Below are positions 9,614 to 18,917 of a stretch of 64,000 nucleotides of DNA, piece after piece (the first letter of the stretch is position 1; every line of letters starts with the position of its first letter). The notes below the pieces were generated by a model. It saw nothing but the letters and a program-made list of their open reading frames with translations, had not been told where the DNA came from and ran no database searches. Source of the DNA: Desulfobacterales bacterium. GTDB lineage: Bacteria; Desulfobacterota; Desulfobacteria; Desulfobacterales; JAABRJ01. Both the position numbers and the translations under genes were made by a program. The DNA lies in contig JAWOJK010000038.1 in the NCBI GenBank assembly GCA_046481705.1, positions 15,353-79,352 on the forward strand, given 5' to 3'.

Positions 9614-10714
9614 TCAGGCGCCCTCCCCGCCGTGATAGCGGTAATAGGCCGCACAGGTGCCCTCACTGGAAACCATGCACGGGCCCACGGGGTGCAGCGG
9701 GGTGCAGGTTTTTTGGTACAGGGCACAGTCCGTCGGTAGTTTAAGCCCCTTGAGGACCTGGCCGCAGGCACAGCCGCGGGGTTCGCGAACATCGGGCACC
9801 GACAGGTCGAAGCAGGCTTCGGCATCCAGCGCCCGGTGGGCGTCGGCAAGCTTCAGGCCGCTCTCCGCTATCACCCCCAGCCCGCGCCATTCGGCATCGA
9901 CGGTCGCAAACACGGCATCCATGACCGCCTGGGCCTTGGCATTGCCGCCGGCCGTGACGGCCCGCTCATAGGCATTCTCCAGCACGGCCGCTCCGGCCTC
10001 GATCTGGGCCACCAGGCGGGCCAGCGCCCCCAGGAGATCCAGCGGTTCAAACCCGCCGACCACACACGGAATCCGGTAGCGGTCGACCAGCGGCTGAAAG
10101 GCCCGGGTGCCGGTCACCAGGCAGACGTGCCCGGGCAGCAGAAACCCGTCGACCCGCAGGTCGGGCGCCGCCATCAACGCTCCGACCGCCGGCGGGGTGC
10201 GCTTGTGGGCGGCAAACACCAGAAAGTTGGACACCTCACGTGCCCGGGCGGAGAGCAGCGCCGCGGCCACCGTGGGGGCGGTGGTTTCAAAGCCGACCCC
10301 CAGAAAAACCACTTTTTTGGCGGGGTTGCGGGCCGCCAGGGCCAACGCGTCCAGGGGCGAGTAGACCACCCGCACGTCGCAGCCCGCCGCACGCTCCTGC
10401 TGCAGCGAGGACCCGCTGCCCGGCACGCGCAGCAGATCGCCGAAGGTGGTCAGGATGACGTCCTCGCGGCGGGCGAGGGCCACGAACTGGTCGATCTCGC
10501 GCTGGGCGGTGACGCACACCGGGCAGCCGGGGCCGGAGACCAGCGTGATGGTTTCGGGCAGCAGCGCCCGCAGGCCGCTTTTGAAAATCGACATGGTGTG
10601 GGTCCCGCAGACCTCCATCAGCCGGATGGGCTGGCGGCTGGCGGCATGGATCTGCGCGATTAGGCGCCGCGCGATCTCACGGTCGCGGTATTCTTCAATG
10701 TGTTTCACAGGCAT
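9614..10714 (-). CDS. hypD: hydrogenase maturation protein HypD
   Basis: Motifs MEVCGTHT and GPGCPVCV, with a C-terminal Cys cluster. Confidence 0.9.
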   Translation of the reverse strand: MPVKHIEEYRDREIARRLIAQIHAASRQPIRLMEVCGTHTMSIFKSGLRALLPETITLVSGPGCPVCVTAQREIDQFVALARREDVILTTFGDLLRVPGSGSSLQQERAAGCDVRVVYSPLDALALAARNPAKKVVFLGVGFETTAPTVAAALLSARAREVSNFLVFAAHKRTPPAVGALMAAPDLRVDGFLLPGHVCLVTGTRAFQPLVDRYRIPCVVGGFEPLDLLGALARLVAQIEAGAAVLENAYERAVTAGGNAKAQAVMDAVFATVDAEWRGLGVIAESGLKLADAHRALDAEACFDLSVPDVREPRGCACGQVLKGLKLPTDCALYQKTCTPLHPVGPCMVSSEGTCAAYYRYHGGEGA

Positions 10715-10729
10715 CGCCCCCTTTGGGCC

Positions 10730-13045
10730 TCAGGCGCCGCCCTTGGACGCTTCGCCGACCGGGCCTTCATTTTGCGTCAGGGCCGCGGCCACGACGGCCT
10801 GGCCCAGGGCGATGCCGCCGTCGTTGGTAGGTACACGGGTGTGACTGATAACGGCAAACCCTTGCTTTTCGAGGCTTTCTTTCAGGCCGGTGAACAGCAG
10901 GAGGTTCTGAAAGACCCCGCCGCTCAAGGCCACCCGCCCGAGCCCGGTTTCCACGCGAAGGGCCGCACACAGCCGCGTGAAAAGGTCCACCAGGGTGCAG
11001 TGAAACCGGTCGCTGACAACGGCTGCGGGAACCCCGGCGACAAGATCCGCCACCACGCCGCGAATGATCGGGGCCGGCGGGATGCGCGTGACCGCGCCCT
11101 TCTCCCAGCCGACCGCATAGGGCCGCACGGGTGCACCGCTGGCCGCCATTTCCAGCTCCATGGCGGCCTGCCCCTCGAATTTGATATGATAGCGGATTCC
11201 CGCAAGGGCCGCAACCGCATCGAACAGCCGGCCGAGGCTGGAGGTCGGCGGGGCGTTCACGCGGCGGCGGATCATGGCCGCGACGGTCTCGATTTTGCGA
11301 GCCTCCAGGGTCTTCAGAAGGGGCAGGTCCAGCTTGCGGTAGTCGTCGCCGAATGCGTCCCAGAGATAGCTGAGCGCCATCCGCCACGGCTCACGGATGG
11401 CCGCGGCCCCGCCCGGCAGGGGCACATAGGCGAGGTGCGCCGCCCGCCGGAAACGCGCCGCTTCGACCACCAGCACCTCCCCGCCCCAGATGGCGCCGTC
11501 GGAGCCGTAGCCGGTGCCGTCGAAGGCCAGCCCGATCACGGGGCCCACCACCTGGTTTTCGGCCATGCAGCTGACGATGTGGGCGTGGTGGTGCTGGACC
11601 CCCACACGCCGCAGATCGCCCTGCGCCTCGGCAAAGCGCGTGCTGAGATAATCCGGGTGCAGGTCATGGGCCACCACCCGGGGGGTGATGTCCAGGATGC
11701 GTTTCAGGTGGTTCACGGTCTCCTCAAAAAATTCGAACGTCGCCAGGTTTTGCATGTCACCGATGTGCTGGCTGACAAAGGCCTGATCGCCGCGCGTCAG
11801 GCAGACGGTGTTCTTCAATGCGGCGCCGCAGGCCAAGATCGGCGGGGTCGGGTCTTTCAGGAAAATCGGGGTCGGCACGAACCCCCGTGAACGCCGCAGA
11901 AAGCGGGTCGCCCCCGCCGCGCGGCGCACCACCGAGTCATCGCTGCGCAGGAGGATGTCCCGGTCGTGGATTAGAAAATAATCGGCAATCCCCTCCAGTC
12001 GGGCCAGGGCGTCATCGTTGGCAATCGCAATCGGCTCCTCACTGAGGTTTCCGCTGGTCATCACCAGGGCGCTGAACCCTTCCGCGAGCAGCAGGTGGTG
12101 CAGCGGGGTGTAGGCCAGCAGCACCCCGATCCAGCGGTTGCCGGGGGCAATCGCCGCGGCCAACGGGTGGGGGCTGGTTTTGGCCAGCAGCACGATCGGC
12201 CGCTGCCAGGAAGTCAGCAGCGCGACCTCGGCGGGGGTGGCCCTGGCGTAGCGCGCCACTGCCGCCAGGTCGCGCGACATGACGGCAAAGGGTTTGTCGT
12301 CGCGGTGTTTGCGCCGGCGCAAACGCGCGACAGCGGCGGGGTTTTCGGCATCCACGGCGAGATGGTAACCCCCCAGACCTTTGACGGCCACGATCGCACC
12401 GGCTTCTAGCAAACCGGCGGCGGCCGTAATGGCGTCCTCACAGGCGACGGACGTGCCGCCGGCCGCGCGCAGGCCCACGGACGGCCCGCACACGGCGCAG
12501 GCGTTGGGCTGGGCATGAAAGCGCCGGTCGGTGGGGTCATCGTACTCGGCCCGGCACTGGGGGCACATGGCAAAGACCTTCATCGAGGTCTTGGGGCGGT
12601 CGTAGGGGATATCGCCGATAATCGTGTAGCGCGGACCGCAATTGGTGCAGTTGATAAAGGGGTAGCGAAAGCGACGGTCTGCGGGGTCGAAAAGCTCGGC
12701 CAGGCAATCGGCGCAGACGGCGACATCCGGCGAAATCAGGGTCCCCCGCAGGTCCTGGCCGGAGCTGGCCGCGATGGTGAAGGCCGTTCGCCCGGCGGGG
12801 GCCTCTTCGGAAATCGTCATGGCCGTGATGTGGGCCAGCGGCGGAGGCTTTTCGGCCAGCTCACGGCAGAAATCGGCAATCATTTCGGGGGCCCCTTCGG
12901 CGTGGATCGACACGCCCGTGGGCGTGTTGGCCACGGTGCCGCGGATCCCGTGACGATGGGCGGCCTGGAAGACGAAGGGACGGAAACCAACGCCCTGAAC
13001 GATGCCGTTGATCTCCACTTTGCGGGCGATAGGGGCTGTTTTCAT
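10730..13045 (-). CDS. hypF: carbamoyltransferase HypF
   Basis: Acylphosphatase domain (VQGVGFRPFV), two CxxC...CxxC zinc fingers, then YrdC and Kae1-like regions. Start set at MKTAPIARK. Confidence 0.9.
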   Translation of the reverse strand: MKTAPIARKVEINGIVQGVGFRPFVFQAAHRHGIRGTVANTPTGVSIHAEGAPEMIADFCRELAEKPPPLAHITAMTISEEAPAGRTAFTIAASSGQDLRGTLISPDVAVCADCLAELFDPADRRFRYPFINCTNCGPRYTIIGDIPYDRPKTSMKVFAMCPQCRAEYDDPTDRRFHAQPNACAVCGPSVGLRAAGGTSVACEDAITAAAGLLEAGAIVAVKGLGGYHLAVDAENPAAVARLRRRKHRDDKPFAVMSRDLAAVARYARATPAEVALLTSWQRPIVLLAKTSPHPLAAAIAPGNRWIGVLLAYTPLHHLLLAEGFSALVMTSGNLSEEPIAIANDDALARLEGIADYFLIHDRDILLRSDDSVVRRAAGATRFLRRSRGFVPTPIFLKDPTPPILACGAALKNTVCLTRGDQAFVSQHIGDMQNLATFEFFEETVNHLKRILDITPRVVAHDLHPDYLSTRFAEAQGDLRRVGVQHHHAHIVSCMAENQVVGPVIGLAFDGTGYGSDGAIWGGEVLVVEAARFRRAAHLAYVPLPGGAAAIREPWRMALSYLWDAFGDDYRKLDLPLLKTLEARKIETVAAMIRRRVNAPPTSSLGRLFDAVAALAGIRYHIKFEGQAAMELEMAASGAPVRPYAVGWEKGAVTRIPPAPIIRGVVADLVAGVPAAVVSDRFHCTLVDLFTRLCAALRVETGLGRVALSGGVFQNLLLFTGLKESLEKQGFAVISHTRVPTNDGGIALGQAVVAAALTQNEGPVGEASKGGA

Positions 13046-13106
13046 GGGTGGATGCGACGCCAACGGCCATTCCAACGGCCGACGGGGTAGAAAACGGGGG
13101 CGGTCA

Positions 13107-13349
13107 TCAGGCCTCGGGGGGATCTCCGGCGTCCAGCCGGTCGGCGACATCGCGCAGCAGGGCCAGGGATTCGCGGGCGGTCTCTTCGTCGATTTTGTGC
13201 AGGGCGAAACCGGCATGCACGATGACGTAATCCCCCACCCGGGCGTCTTCCAGCAGCAGCAGGCTGGCCTCGCGGGTGACGCCGTCGACATCGATGACGG
13301 CCATCTGGTCTTCAATCTTGACAATCCGTGATGGGATGGCGAGACACAT
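13107..13349 (-). CDS. hypC: hydrogenase assembly chaperone HypC
   Basis: MCLAIPSRIV N-terminus, 80 aa. Confidence 0.9.
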   Translation of the reverse strand: MCLAIPSRIVKIEDQMAVIDVDGVTREASLLLLEDARVGDYVIVHAGFALHKIDEETARESLALLRDVADRLDAGDPPEA

Positions 13350-13846
13350 TACGCGCAGCTCCTCCGGCTGTAGGTTACACCCAGGCGGTCGAGCTCCCTC
13401 AGCACCCTGGCGGCCATGGGCGCCACCTGGCGCTGGACCACCGGGGTCATTTCCAGCTTCAGGGTTTCAATGTCTTCGGGCTCAACTCCCAGAATGACGG
13501 TTTCAGGCACCTTGTCGAGGGCCTGGCACAAGGTCAGGGCCTCCAGCAGGTCCACCTGGTGCAGTGAATTTTTGGCCAGGATCCGCCGCGGGATGTCATC
13601 GCCCGCCAGGCGGTAGAGGTCCCCGGCCTTGCCGCGGTTGCGAAGCGCGTCGACCACGATCAGGTGGTCGGGCTGCGAAATCACTCCCAGCAGGTTGATC
13701 CCCAGCACCCCCCCGTCCACCACGAGGACCTCCTCGGGGAAGCGGTAATCCGCCTGGAGTTTTTCGATGACCCGGATGCCGAAGCCTTCGTCGGCGAAAA
13801 GGAAATTGCCGACCCCCAGAATGGTGACTAAAGGATTGCCCATCAA
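13349..13846 (-). CDS. [NiFe] hydrogenase maturation endopeptidase (HyaD/HybD family)
   Basis: ILGVGNFLFADEGFG motif and 165 aa. Its stop overlaps the hypC start by 1 nt. Confidence 0.85.
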   Translation of the reverse strand: MMGNPLVTILGVGNFLFADEGFGIRVIEKLQADYRFPEEVLVVDGGVLGINLLGVISQPDHLIVVDALRNRGKAGDLYRLAGDDIPRRILAKNSLHQVDLLEALTLCQALDKVPETVILGVEPEDIETLKLEMTPVVQRQVAPMAARVLRELDRLGVTYSRRSCA

Positions 13847-13888
13847 CCAGCCTCTCAGCAGCGCCCGGAAAAAAAGGCGGCGGTCGAA

Positions 13889-13932
13889 GACAGCACTCCC
13901 GGCCTACCCGCGGGTAGGCCGGGAGTGCTGTC
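13889..13932 (-). terminator. 21-bp perfect hairpin between the large subunit gene and the maturation genes (attenuator or mRNA-stabilising stem)
   Basis: GACAGCACTCCCGGCCTACCC-GC-GGGTAGGCCGGGAGTGCTGTC, 12 nt after the large-subunit stop. The T-run is not adjacent, so termination is probably partial. Confidence 0.45.
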
Positions 13933-13943
13933 AGCTGCGACGT

Positions 13944-15593
13944 TTACACGACTCTGATCTTATACACTTCGTTGGAGTGGGGGTCAATGACGTGCACCGC
14001 ACAGGCCAGACAGGGATCGAAGGAGTGGACCGTGCGCAGCACCTCCAGCGGCATTTTGGGGTCGGCGATCGGGGTACCGATCAGGGCCTCCTCCACCGGA
14101 CTCAGGTTGCCACCGCCGTCACGCGGTCCCAGGTTCCAGGTGGAGGGGACCACGTACTGGTAGTTGCCGATCTTGCCGTTTTCGATGCGGATCCAGTGCC
14201 CGAGGGCCCCGCGCGGGACGTCGTTGAGCCCCACCCCGGTGGCGGTCTCGGGCATTTCGTAGGGCTGGTAGGTCTTGGTGTCGCCGCTTTTGAGGTTTTC
14301 CACCAACTCGGTCACCCAACCCTGCATGACCTCGCCGATCGCCACGGTTTCCAGCCCGCGGGCGGCGGTTCGCCCGAGGGTCGAGAAAAGGGCGCTGGCC
14401 GGGATGTCCAACTGCTTGAGGGTGCTGTCCACCAGCGGCTTGATGTCCGCGTGGCCCTTACCGTAAGCCACCAGCACGCGCGCCAGCGGCCCCACTTCGC
14501 ACGGCAGGCCGTCATAACGCGGGGCCTTGACCCACGAATATTGACCTTTCTCGGGGCTGAATGTGGGGTTTTCGGGGATGGGCCGGGTTTCACCTTCAAA
14601 GGGGTGCTTGGGCGCCGATTTGAGGTACCAGGCGCGGGTCACGTCTTCGGTCACCTTTTGCTGGTCCGCCATTTCGATCTTGCCCAGGTCGCGCTTGCGG
14701 ATCACCCCGCGGGGCATGTAGAAGCTCTCCGGCTCCTGCTCGCTGGCCGGGAAATCGCCATAGGTCAAAAAGTTGGTGCAGCCCCCGATCCCGCCCCACT
14801 CCTTGTAAAACGAGGCCACGGCCAACAGGTCGGGGATGTAGACGTTCTTGACGAATTCATGGGTTTCCTTTGTGATGTAGAGGAACTCGGCGATCCGGTC
14901 GGGAACCAGATCCGCCACCGAGGTCACGCCGCCCACCACGAGGGACTGGGGGTGGGGGTTTTTACCGCCGAAAATGGCGTGCATGCGGGCGGCCTTGGCC
15001 TGGATGCGCAGGGCTTCGATGTAGTGCGCGGCGGCCATCAGGTTGGCTTCGGGTGGCAGCTTGTAGGCCGAATGGCCCCAGTAGGCGTTGGCAAAGGGCC
15101 CCAGCTGGCCGCTGTCCACGAAGCTCTGAAGCCGGACCTGGACGTTTTTGAAATACTGCCTGCCGCCCCAGGGCGCATTGCTGGTGTTGTCCGCCAACGC
15201 GGCGGTTTTGGCCGGATCGGCCTTGAGGGCGCTGACGATGTCCACCCAGTCCAGGGCGTGCAGATGGTAAAAGTGAACGATGTGATCGTGCTGGTACTGC
15301 GCGCCGTGCAGCAGATTGCGGATCAGGCGGGCATTGGCGGGCATCTTGATGCCGACCGCGTCGTCCACCGCGCGCACCGACGCCAAGGCATGTACGTAGG
15401 TGCACACCCCGCAGCTGCGCTGCACGAAATGGTGGGCGTCCCGCGGGTCACGGCCCTGCAAAATAACCTCGATGCCCCGGAAGAGCGTCCCGGAGCTCCA
15501 GGCGTTGACCACCTTGCCGCCCTCCACCTCGACTTCGATGCGCAGGTGCCCCTCTATTCTCGTGATCGGATCGATGGTAATTCTTTTACCCAT
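13944..15593 (-). CDS. [NiFe] hydrogenase large subunit
   Basis: N-terminal RIEGHLRIEV and RxCGVC, plus C-terminal DPCLACAVH with Cys (not Sec) at the Ni ligand position. Confidence 0.9.
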   Translation of the reverse strand: MGKRITIDPITRIEGHLRIEVEVEGGKVVNAWSSGTLFRGIEVILQGRDPRDAHHFVQRSCGVCTYVHALASVRAVDDAVGIKMPANARLIRNLLHGAQYQHDHIVHFYHLHALDWVDIVSALKADPAKTAALADNTSNAPWGGRQYFKNVQVRLQSFVDSGQLGPFANAYWGHSAYKLPPEANLMAAAHYIEALRIQAKAARMHAIFGGKNPHPQSLVVGGVTSVADLVPDRIAEFLYITKETHEFVKNVYIPDLLAVASFYKEWGGIGGCTNFLTYGDFPASEQEPESFYMPRGVIRKRDLGKIEMADQQKVTEDVTRAWYLKSAPKHPFEGETRPIPENPTFSPEKGQYSWVKAPRYDGLPCEVGPLARVLVAYGKGHADIKPLVDSTLKQLDIPASALFSTLGRTAARGLETVAIGEVMQGWVTELVENLKSGDTKTYQPYEMPETATGVGLNDVPRGALGHWIRIENGKIGNYQYVVPSTWNLGPRDGGGNLSPVEEALIGTPIADPKMPLEVLRTVHSFDPCLACAVHVIDPHSNEVYKIRVV

Positions 15594-15646
15594 ATTTTCT
15601 CCTTGTTCTGCTTGCGGGAAATCCCTTTTTTACGGCGGCCCGGTCC

Positions 15647-16588
15647 TTACAGCGGCTCATAGAACGGCGTCATCTTGTCCCAGAATTGGGGCTCGCTGCA
15701 GCCCAGGCAGGGGTGGCCCGCCTCGACCGGCCAGCTGGTGCCGTCGTTGAACTTTGCGATCGGACAGTTGTTGTAGGTTTCCGGGCCGCGGCAACCGACT
15801 TTGTAGAGGCAGTAGCCCATGGCGGCTTCCGGGGACCCGAATTCCTCGATGAACTCCTCGTTTTCGAAGTGGGATCGTCGGGGGCACTGATCGTGGATGG
15901 TCTTGCCGTAGGCAAACAGCGGACGCCCGATGTCGTCCACGGCCGGCAGCTTTCCGAAAAGCAGGTAGTTGACGATGGTGCCGACCAGATTGATCGGGTT
16001 GGGCGGGCACCCCGCAATGTTGATGGTCTGAATGCCGAGGACCTCGCCGACCCCCTTCCAGCCGCCCAGGTTGGGGGCCGCCGCCTGAATCCCGCCGAAA
16101 CTGGAACACTGGCCGATGCAGACCACCGCGGCGGCCTGGGGGCAGACCTCTTTGGCGACTTCCAGGAAGGTCCGGCCACCCATTTTACCGTAACCACCGT
16201 CATATTTGGTTGCCACCGCACCCTCGCAGACGCAGATGAATTTGCCCTTGTACTTTTCAACCGCCGCGTGCAGTTGTTCTTCAGCCTGGCGGCCGGCGGC
16301 GGCCATGATGGTTTCGTGATATTCCATGGAGAGTACTTCAAGCAGCAGTTCATCGATCCAGGGATACATGGCCCGCAAGATGGCCTCGCTGCAGCCCGTG
16401 CACTCCGCGAAGTGCAGCCAGATAACCGGCGGCCGCTGGTTGGGGGCTGCGAACACTTGAGCCACTTTCGACACATAGGCGGCCGAAAGCCCCATGGTCG
16501 CGGTGAGGAACGTGCAGAATTTCATGAAGTCCCTTCGTGAGACGCCTTTGGCCTCGATCCTCGCGTAAAAATCCTGTTCCTTTTCCAT
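15647..16588 (-). CDS. [NiFe] hydrogenase small subunit, Tat-exported
   Basis: Twin-arginine signal SRRDFMKF...AAYVSKVAQVFA, plus Fe-S cluster Cys motifs (ECTGCSE, GCPPNP). Confidence 0.9.
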   Translation of the reverse strand: MEKEQDFYARIEAKGVSRRDFMKFCTFLTATMGLSAAYVSKVAQVFAAPNQRPPVIWLHFAECTGCSEAILRAMYPWIDELLLEVLSMEYHETIMAAAGRQAEEQLHAAVEKYKGKFICVCEGAVATKYDGGYGKMGGRTFLEVAKEVCPQAAAVVCIGQCSSFGGIQAAAPNLGGWKGVGEVLGIQTINIAGCPPNPINLVGTIVNYLLFGKLPAVDDIGRPLFAYGKTIHDQCPRRSHFENEEFIEEFGSPEAAMGYCLYKVGCRGPETYNNCPIAKFNDGTSWPVEAGHPCLGCSEPQFWDKMTPFYEPL

Positions 16589-16813
16589 CTACACCTCCTT
16601 GATGTAGTAACAGCAGAAACGACCGCGGCTGGTCGATTTTTCAACCGGTTGACGTGATTCCGCGGCCACCGCCAGGGCTGCCGAACACTTTTTGGATGGC
16701 GTTAAAATCCGGCCACCGGCCGAAAAAACCCTTCCAAAACGGCCTCAGGATGTGGCCCAGTATTTGAACAAAGGCCTAAAAACCTTGAAAATTTGTTTCA
16801 ATTCACTTTTATG

Positions 16814-16854
16814 TTGGCAATTAAATTTTCGTCAAGGGAAAACTTAATTGCCAA
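16814..16854. promoter_or_regulatory. perfect 11-bp inverted repeat TTGGCAATTAA-N19-TTAATTGCCAA upstream of the hydrogenase operon (candidate operator)
   Basis: Lies 226-266 nt upstream of the small-subunit ATG. A minus-strand TTGACG sits in the spacer, with CATAAA 16 nt further on, so the repeat straddles a plausible promoter. Confidence 0.4.
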
Positions 16855-16944
16855 CCGGACACCCCAGCTGCGCGATGCGGGATCCCACCAAGAGCCCCCC
16901 TGCCTTTCTCTGCGAGGGTTGTCTGAATTGATGCAATAATTTCA

Positions 16945-16973
16945 TTGACCTCAAAAAAGGGCAATGCTATAGG
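16945..16973 (+). promoter_or_regulatory. putative sigma70 promoter of the tRNA-Ser pair (TTGACC-N17-TATAGG)
   Basis: Sequence match located 16 nt upstream of the tRNA 5' end. Confidence 0.45.
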
Positions 16974-16989
16974 AATCTGCTGAAATTAG

Positions 16990-17077
16990 GGAGGGATGGC
17001 CGAGTGGTTTAAGGCGGCGGTCTTGAAAACCGTTGAGTGTCAAAGCTCCGTGGGTTCGAATCCTACTCCCTCCGCCA
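16990..17077 (+). tRNA. tRNA-Ser (anticodon TGA)
   Basis: Acceptor GGAGGGA/TCCCTCC, anticodon loop CTTGAAA, long variable arm, GGTTCGAATCC T-arm and encoded CCA. Confidence 0.9.
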
Positions 17078-17085
17078 CCCGCGAT

Positions 17086-17178
17086 GGAGAGATGGCCGAG
17101 TCGGCTGAAGGCGCTCGCCTGCTAAGCGAGTGTGGGGCGAAAGTTCCACCGAGGGTTCGAATCCCTCTCTCTCCGCCA
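17086..17178 (+). tRNA. tRNA-Ser (anticodon GCT)
   Basis: Acceptor GGAGAGA/TCTCTCC, anticodon arm CTCGC-CTGCTAA-GCGAG, long variable arm and encoded CCA. Confidence 0.9.
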
Positions 17179-17312
17179 TTGCACCCCCGAACCCTGCCAG
17201 TTGCCGTTTTTTGGATCAAAGACGGCTTTTCAGCGCCCATCCGGCCCGTCGGTATCGTCTTCCGGTCGCCGACTGCGCGCACTCTCCCCTGTCATTCGAC
17301 CGGCATTTCTCC

Positions 17313-17341
17313 TTGACAAAATTCCGATTCCCGATTAGATG
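17313..17341 (+). promoter_or_regulatory. possible sat promoter (TTGACA-N17-TAGATG) overlapping the AAAATTCCGATT motif shared with the aprB upstream region
   Basis: Consensus -35 but a weak -10, located 75 nt upstream of the sat ATG. Confidence 0.3.
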
Positions 17342-17415
17342 ATGGAATCTTAATCGACAACACAAAGCCGTTGATCACCGCAACCTTTAACCCAACGATA
17401 AGGAGACCCAAAAAG

Positions 17416-18696
17416 ATGAGTAATTTGATCCCCCCGCATGGTGGAAAAGGCCTGACTTGCTGCCTATTGGAAGGCGCTGAGCTGGCCGCCGAAAAGAAAA
17501 AAGCGGAAGGTCTTAAGAAAGTGTCGATCTCTGACCGCGAAAAGGGCGATCTGATCATGATGGGCATCGGCGGGTTCAGCCCGCTGACCGGTTTTATGAC
17601 CAAGGCCGACTGGAAGGGCGTCTGCGAAAACTTTTTGTTGGCCGACGGGACCTTCTGGCCCATCCCGGTGACCCTTTCCGCCTCGACCGAGGATGCCGGC
17701 GCCATCAAGGAAGGCGAAGAAATCGCGCTCTTCGATGCCAAGCACAACGAAATCATGGCCACCATGAAAGTCACCGAGAAATTCGCCATGAGCGCGGCCG
17801 ACAAGAAGTTCGAGTGTGAGAAGGTCTACATGGGCGAAGGCACGGCCACCCCGGAGGAATTCTGGAAGATCGCCAAAGACGACCACCCCGGCGTGCAGAT
17901 GGTGATGGAGCAGAAAGACTTCTGCCTGGCCGGCCCGGTCAAGGTTCTCAGTGAGAGTGACTACCCCACGAAATACCCCGGGGTTTACCAGCGCCCGGCT
18001 GAATCCCGCAGGATTTTCGATGAAAAGGGCTGGGCGGATGTCGCGGCCCTGCAGCTGCGCAACCCCATGCACCGCTCCCACGAATACCTCTGCAAGGTCG
18101 CCGTTGAAGTCTGTGACGGGGTTTACATCCACTCCCTGGTCGGCAACCTCAAACCCGGCGACATCCCGGCCGAAGTGCGGGTGGAGTGCATCGACGCCCT
18201 GGTCAAAAACTACTTCGTCGACAAGAACGTCGTCCAGGGCGGCTACCCCCTCGACATGCGCTACGCCGGCCCGCGTGAAGGCCTGCTGCATGCCACCTTC
18301 CGCCAGAACTACGGCTGCTCCAAGATGATCATCGGCCGCGACCATGCCGGTGTGGGCGATTTCTACGGCATGTTTGAAGCCCAGACGATCTTCGAAAAGA
18401 TTCCGCAGCCCACCGAGCCCGGCAAGGCCCTGCTGTGCCAGCCGCTCAAGATCGACTGGACCTTCTACTGCTTCAAGTGCGACGGCATGGCCTCCCTGCG
18501 CACCTGCCCGCATGCCAAGGATGACCGCGTCCTGCTCTCCGGAACCATGCTGCGCAAGCTGCTCTCCGAAGGCGGCGAACTGCCCGATCACTTTGGCCGC
18601 GATGAAGTCGTCAAGATCCTGCGCAACTACTACGAAGGGTTGACCGAGAAAGTCGAGGTCAAACTGCATGGCGCCGCCACCGGCGACACCAAGTAG
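17416..18696 (+). CDS. sat: sulfate adenylyltransferase (ATP sulfurylase)
   Basis: [10 protein letters not shown]... start with AGGAG 8 nt upstream. Motifs [11 protein letters not shown] and [10 protein letters not shown] are present. 426 aa. Confidence 0.9.
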   Translation: MSNLIPPHGGKGLTCCLLEGAELAAEKKKAEGLKKVSISDREKGDLIMMGIGGFSPLTGFMTKADWKGVCENFLLADGTFWPIPVTLSASTEDAGAIKEGEEIALFDAKHNEIMATMKVTEKFAMSAADKKFECEKVYMGEGTATPEEFWKIAKDDHPGVQMVMEQKDFCLAGPVKVLSESDYPTKYPGVYQRPAESRRIFDEKGWADVAALQLRNPMHRSHEYLCKVAVEVCDGVYIHSLVGNLKPGDIPAEVRVECIDALVKNYFVDKNVVQGGYPLDMRYAGPREGLLHATFRQNYGCSKMIIGRDHAGVGDFYGMFEAQTIFEKIPQPTEPGKALLCQPLKIDWTFYCFKCDGMASLRTCPHAKDDRVLLSGTMLRKLLSEGGELPDHFGRDEVVKILRNYYEGLTEKVEVKLHGAATGDTK

Positions 18697-18723
18697 CTGC
18701 CCTTATAAGGACAACCGTGGAAC

Positions 18724-18763
18724 AAAAAAGAGGGAGGTGCCGATCGGCACCTCCCTCTTTTTG
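18724..18763 (+). terminator. perfect palindromic intrinsic terminator after sat (A-run, 13-bp GC-rich stem, T-run; potentially bidirectional)
   Basis: AAAAAGAGGGAGGTGCCGA|TCGGCACCTCCCTCTTTTT. Confidence 0.75.
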
Positions 18764-18842
18764 TTCTGCAATCACACCACCATTCTTTTCGCAACCGCAC
18801 CCCGATCGGCCTGAACGACTTGCTTTGCCCGGGCGCGCCAGC

Positions 18843-18883
18843 AAACCGGGGGAGGCCGGTTTTCCTAACGGCCTCCCCCGGTT
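18843..18883 (-). terminator. hairpin after qmoC
   Basis: 15-bp stem AACCGGGGGAGGCCG / CGGCCTCCCCCGGTT, 35 nt downstream of the qmoC stop. The T tract is short. Confidence 0.5.
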
Positions 18884-18917
18884 ATTCCGCCAGCGGTTGC
18901 AAACGCTGTCGGTTGCG

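Noticed and set aside
8539-13324. Long N-terminal extensions of the hypE (436 aa) and hypF (864 aa) ORFs. The same applies to rimO, pgm, infB, pheS, the MBL hydrolase and the retropepsin ORFs.
   Set aside because: The extensions are low-complexity and overlap upstream genes or terminators. Internal starts give family-typical lengths and N-termini, for example MKPDTILLDHGSGG and MKTAPIARK.
13944-15593. Possible [NiFeSe] hydrogenase with an in-frame TGA (selenocysteine)
   Set aside because: The ORF is uninterrupted and the C-terminal Ni-ligand motif is DPCLACAVH with Cys. No SECIS-like requirement arises.
13767-15662. Very long antisense ORFs opposite the hydrogenase large subunit. Similar cases lie opposite aprA (24314-26347), qmoB (20823-22487), hypF (10700-11890), pheT (37098-38606), the rhomboid/YkgJ genes (55985-57301) and nusA/infB.
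   Set aside because: Each lies opposite a gene with strong conserved motifs and has low-complexity, Arg/Gly/Pro-rich composition. There are no RBS or family signatures.
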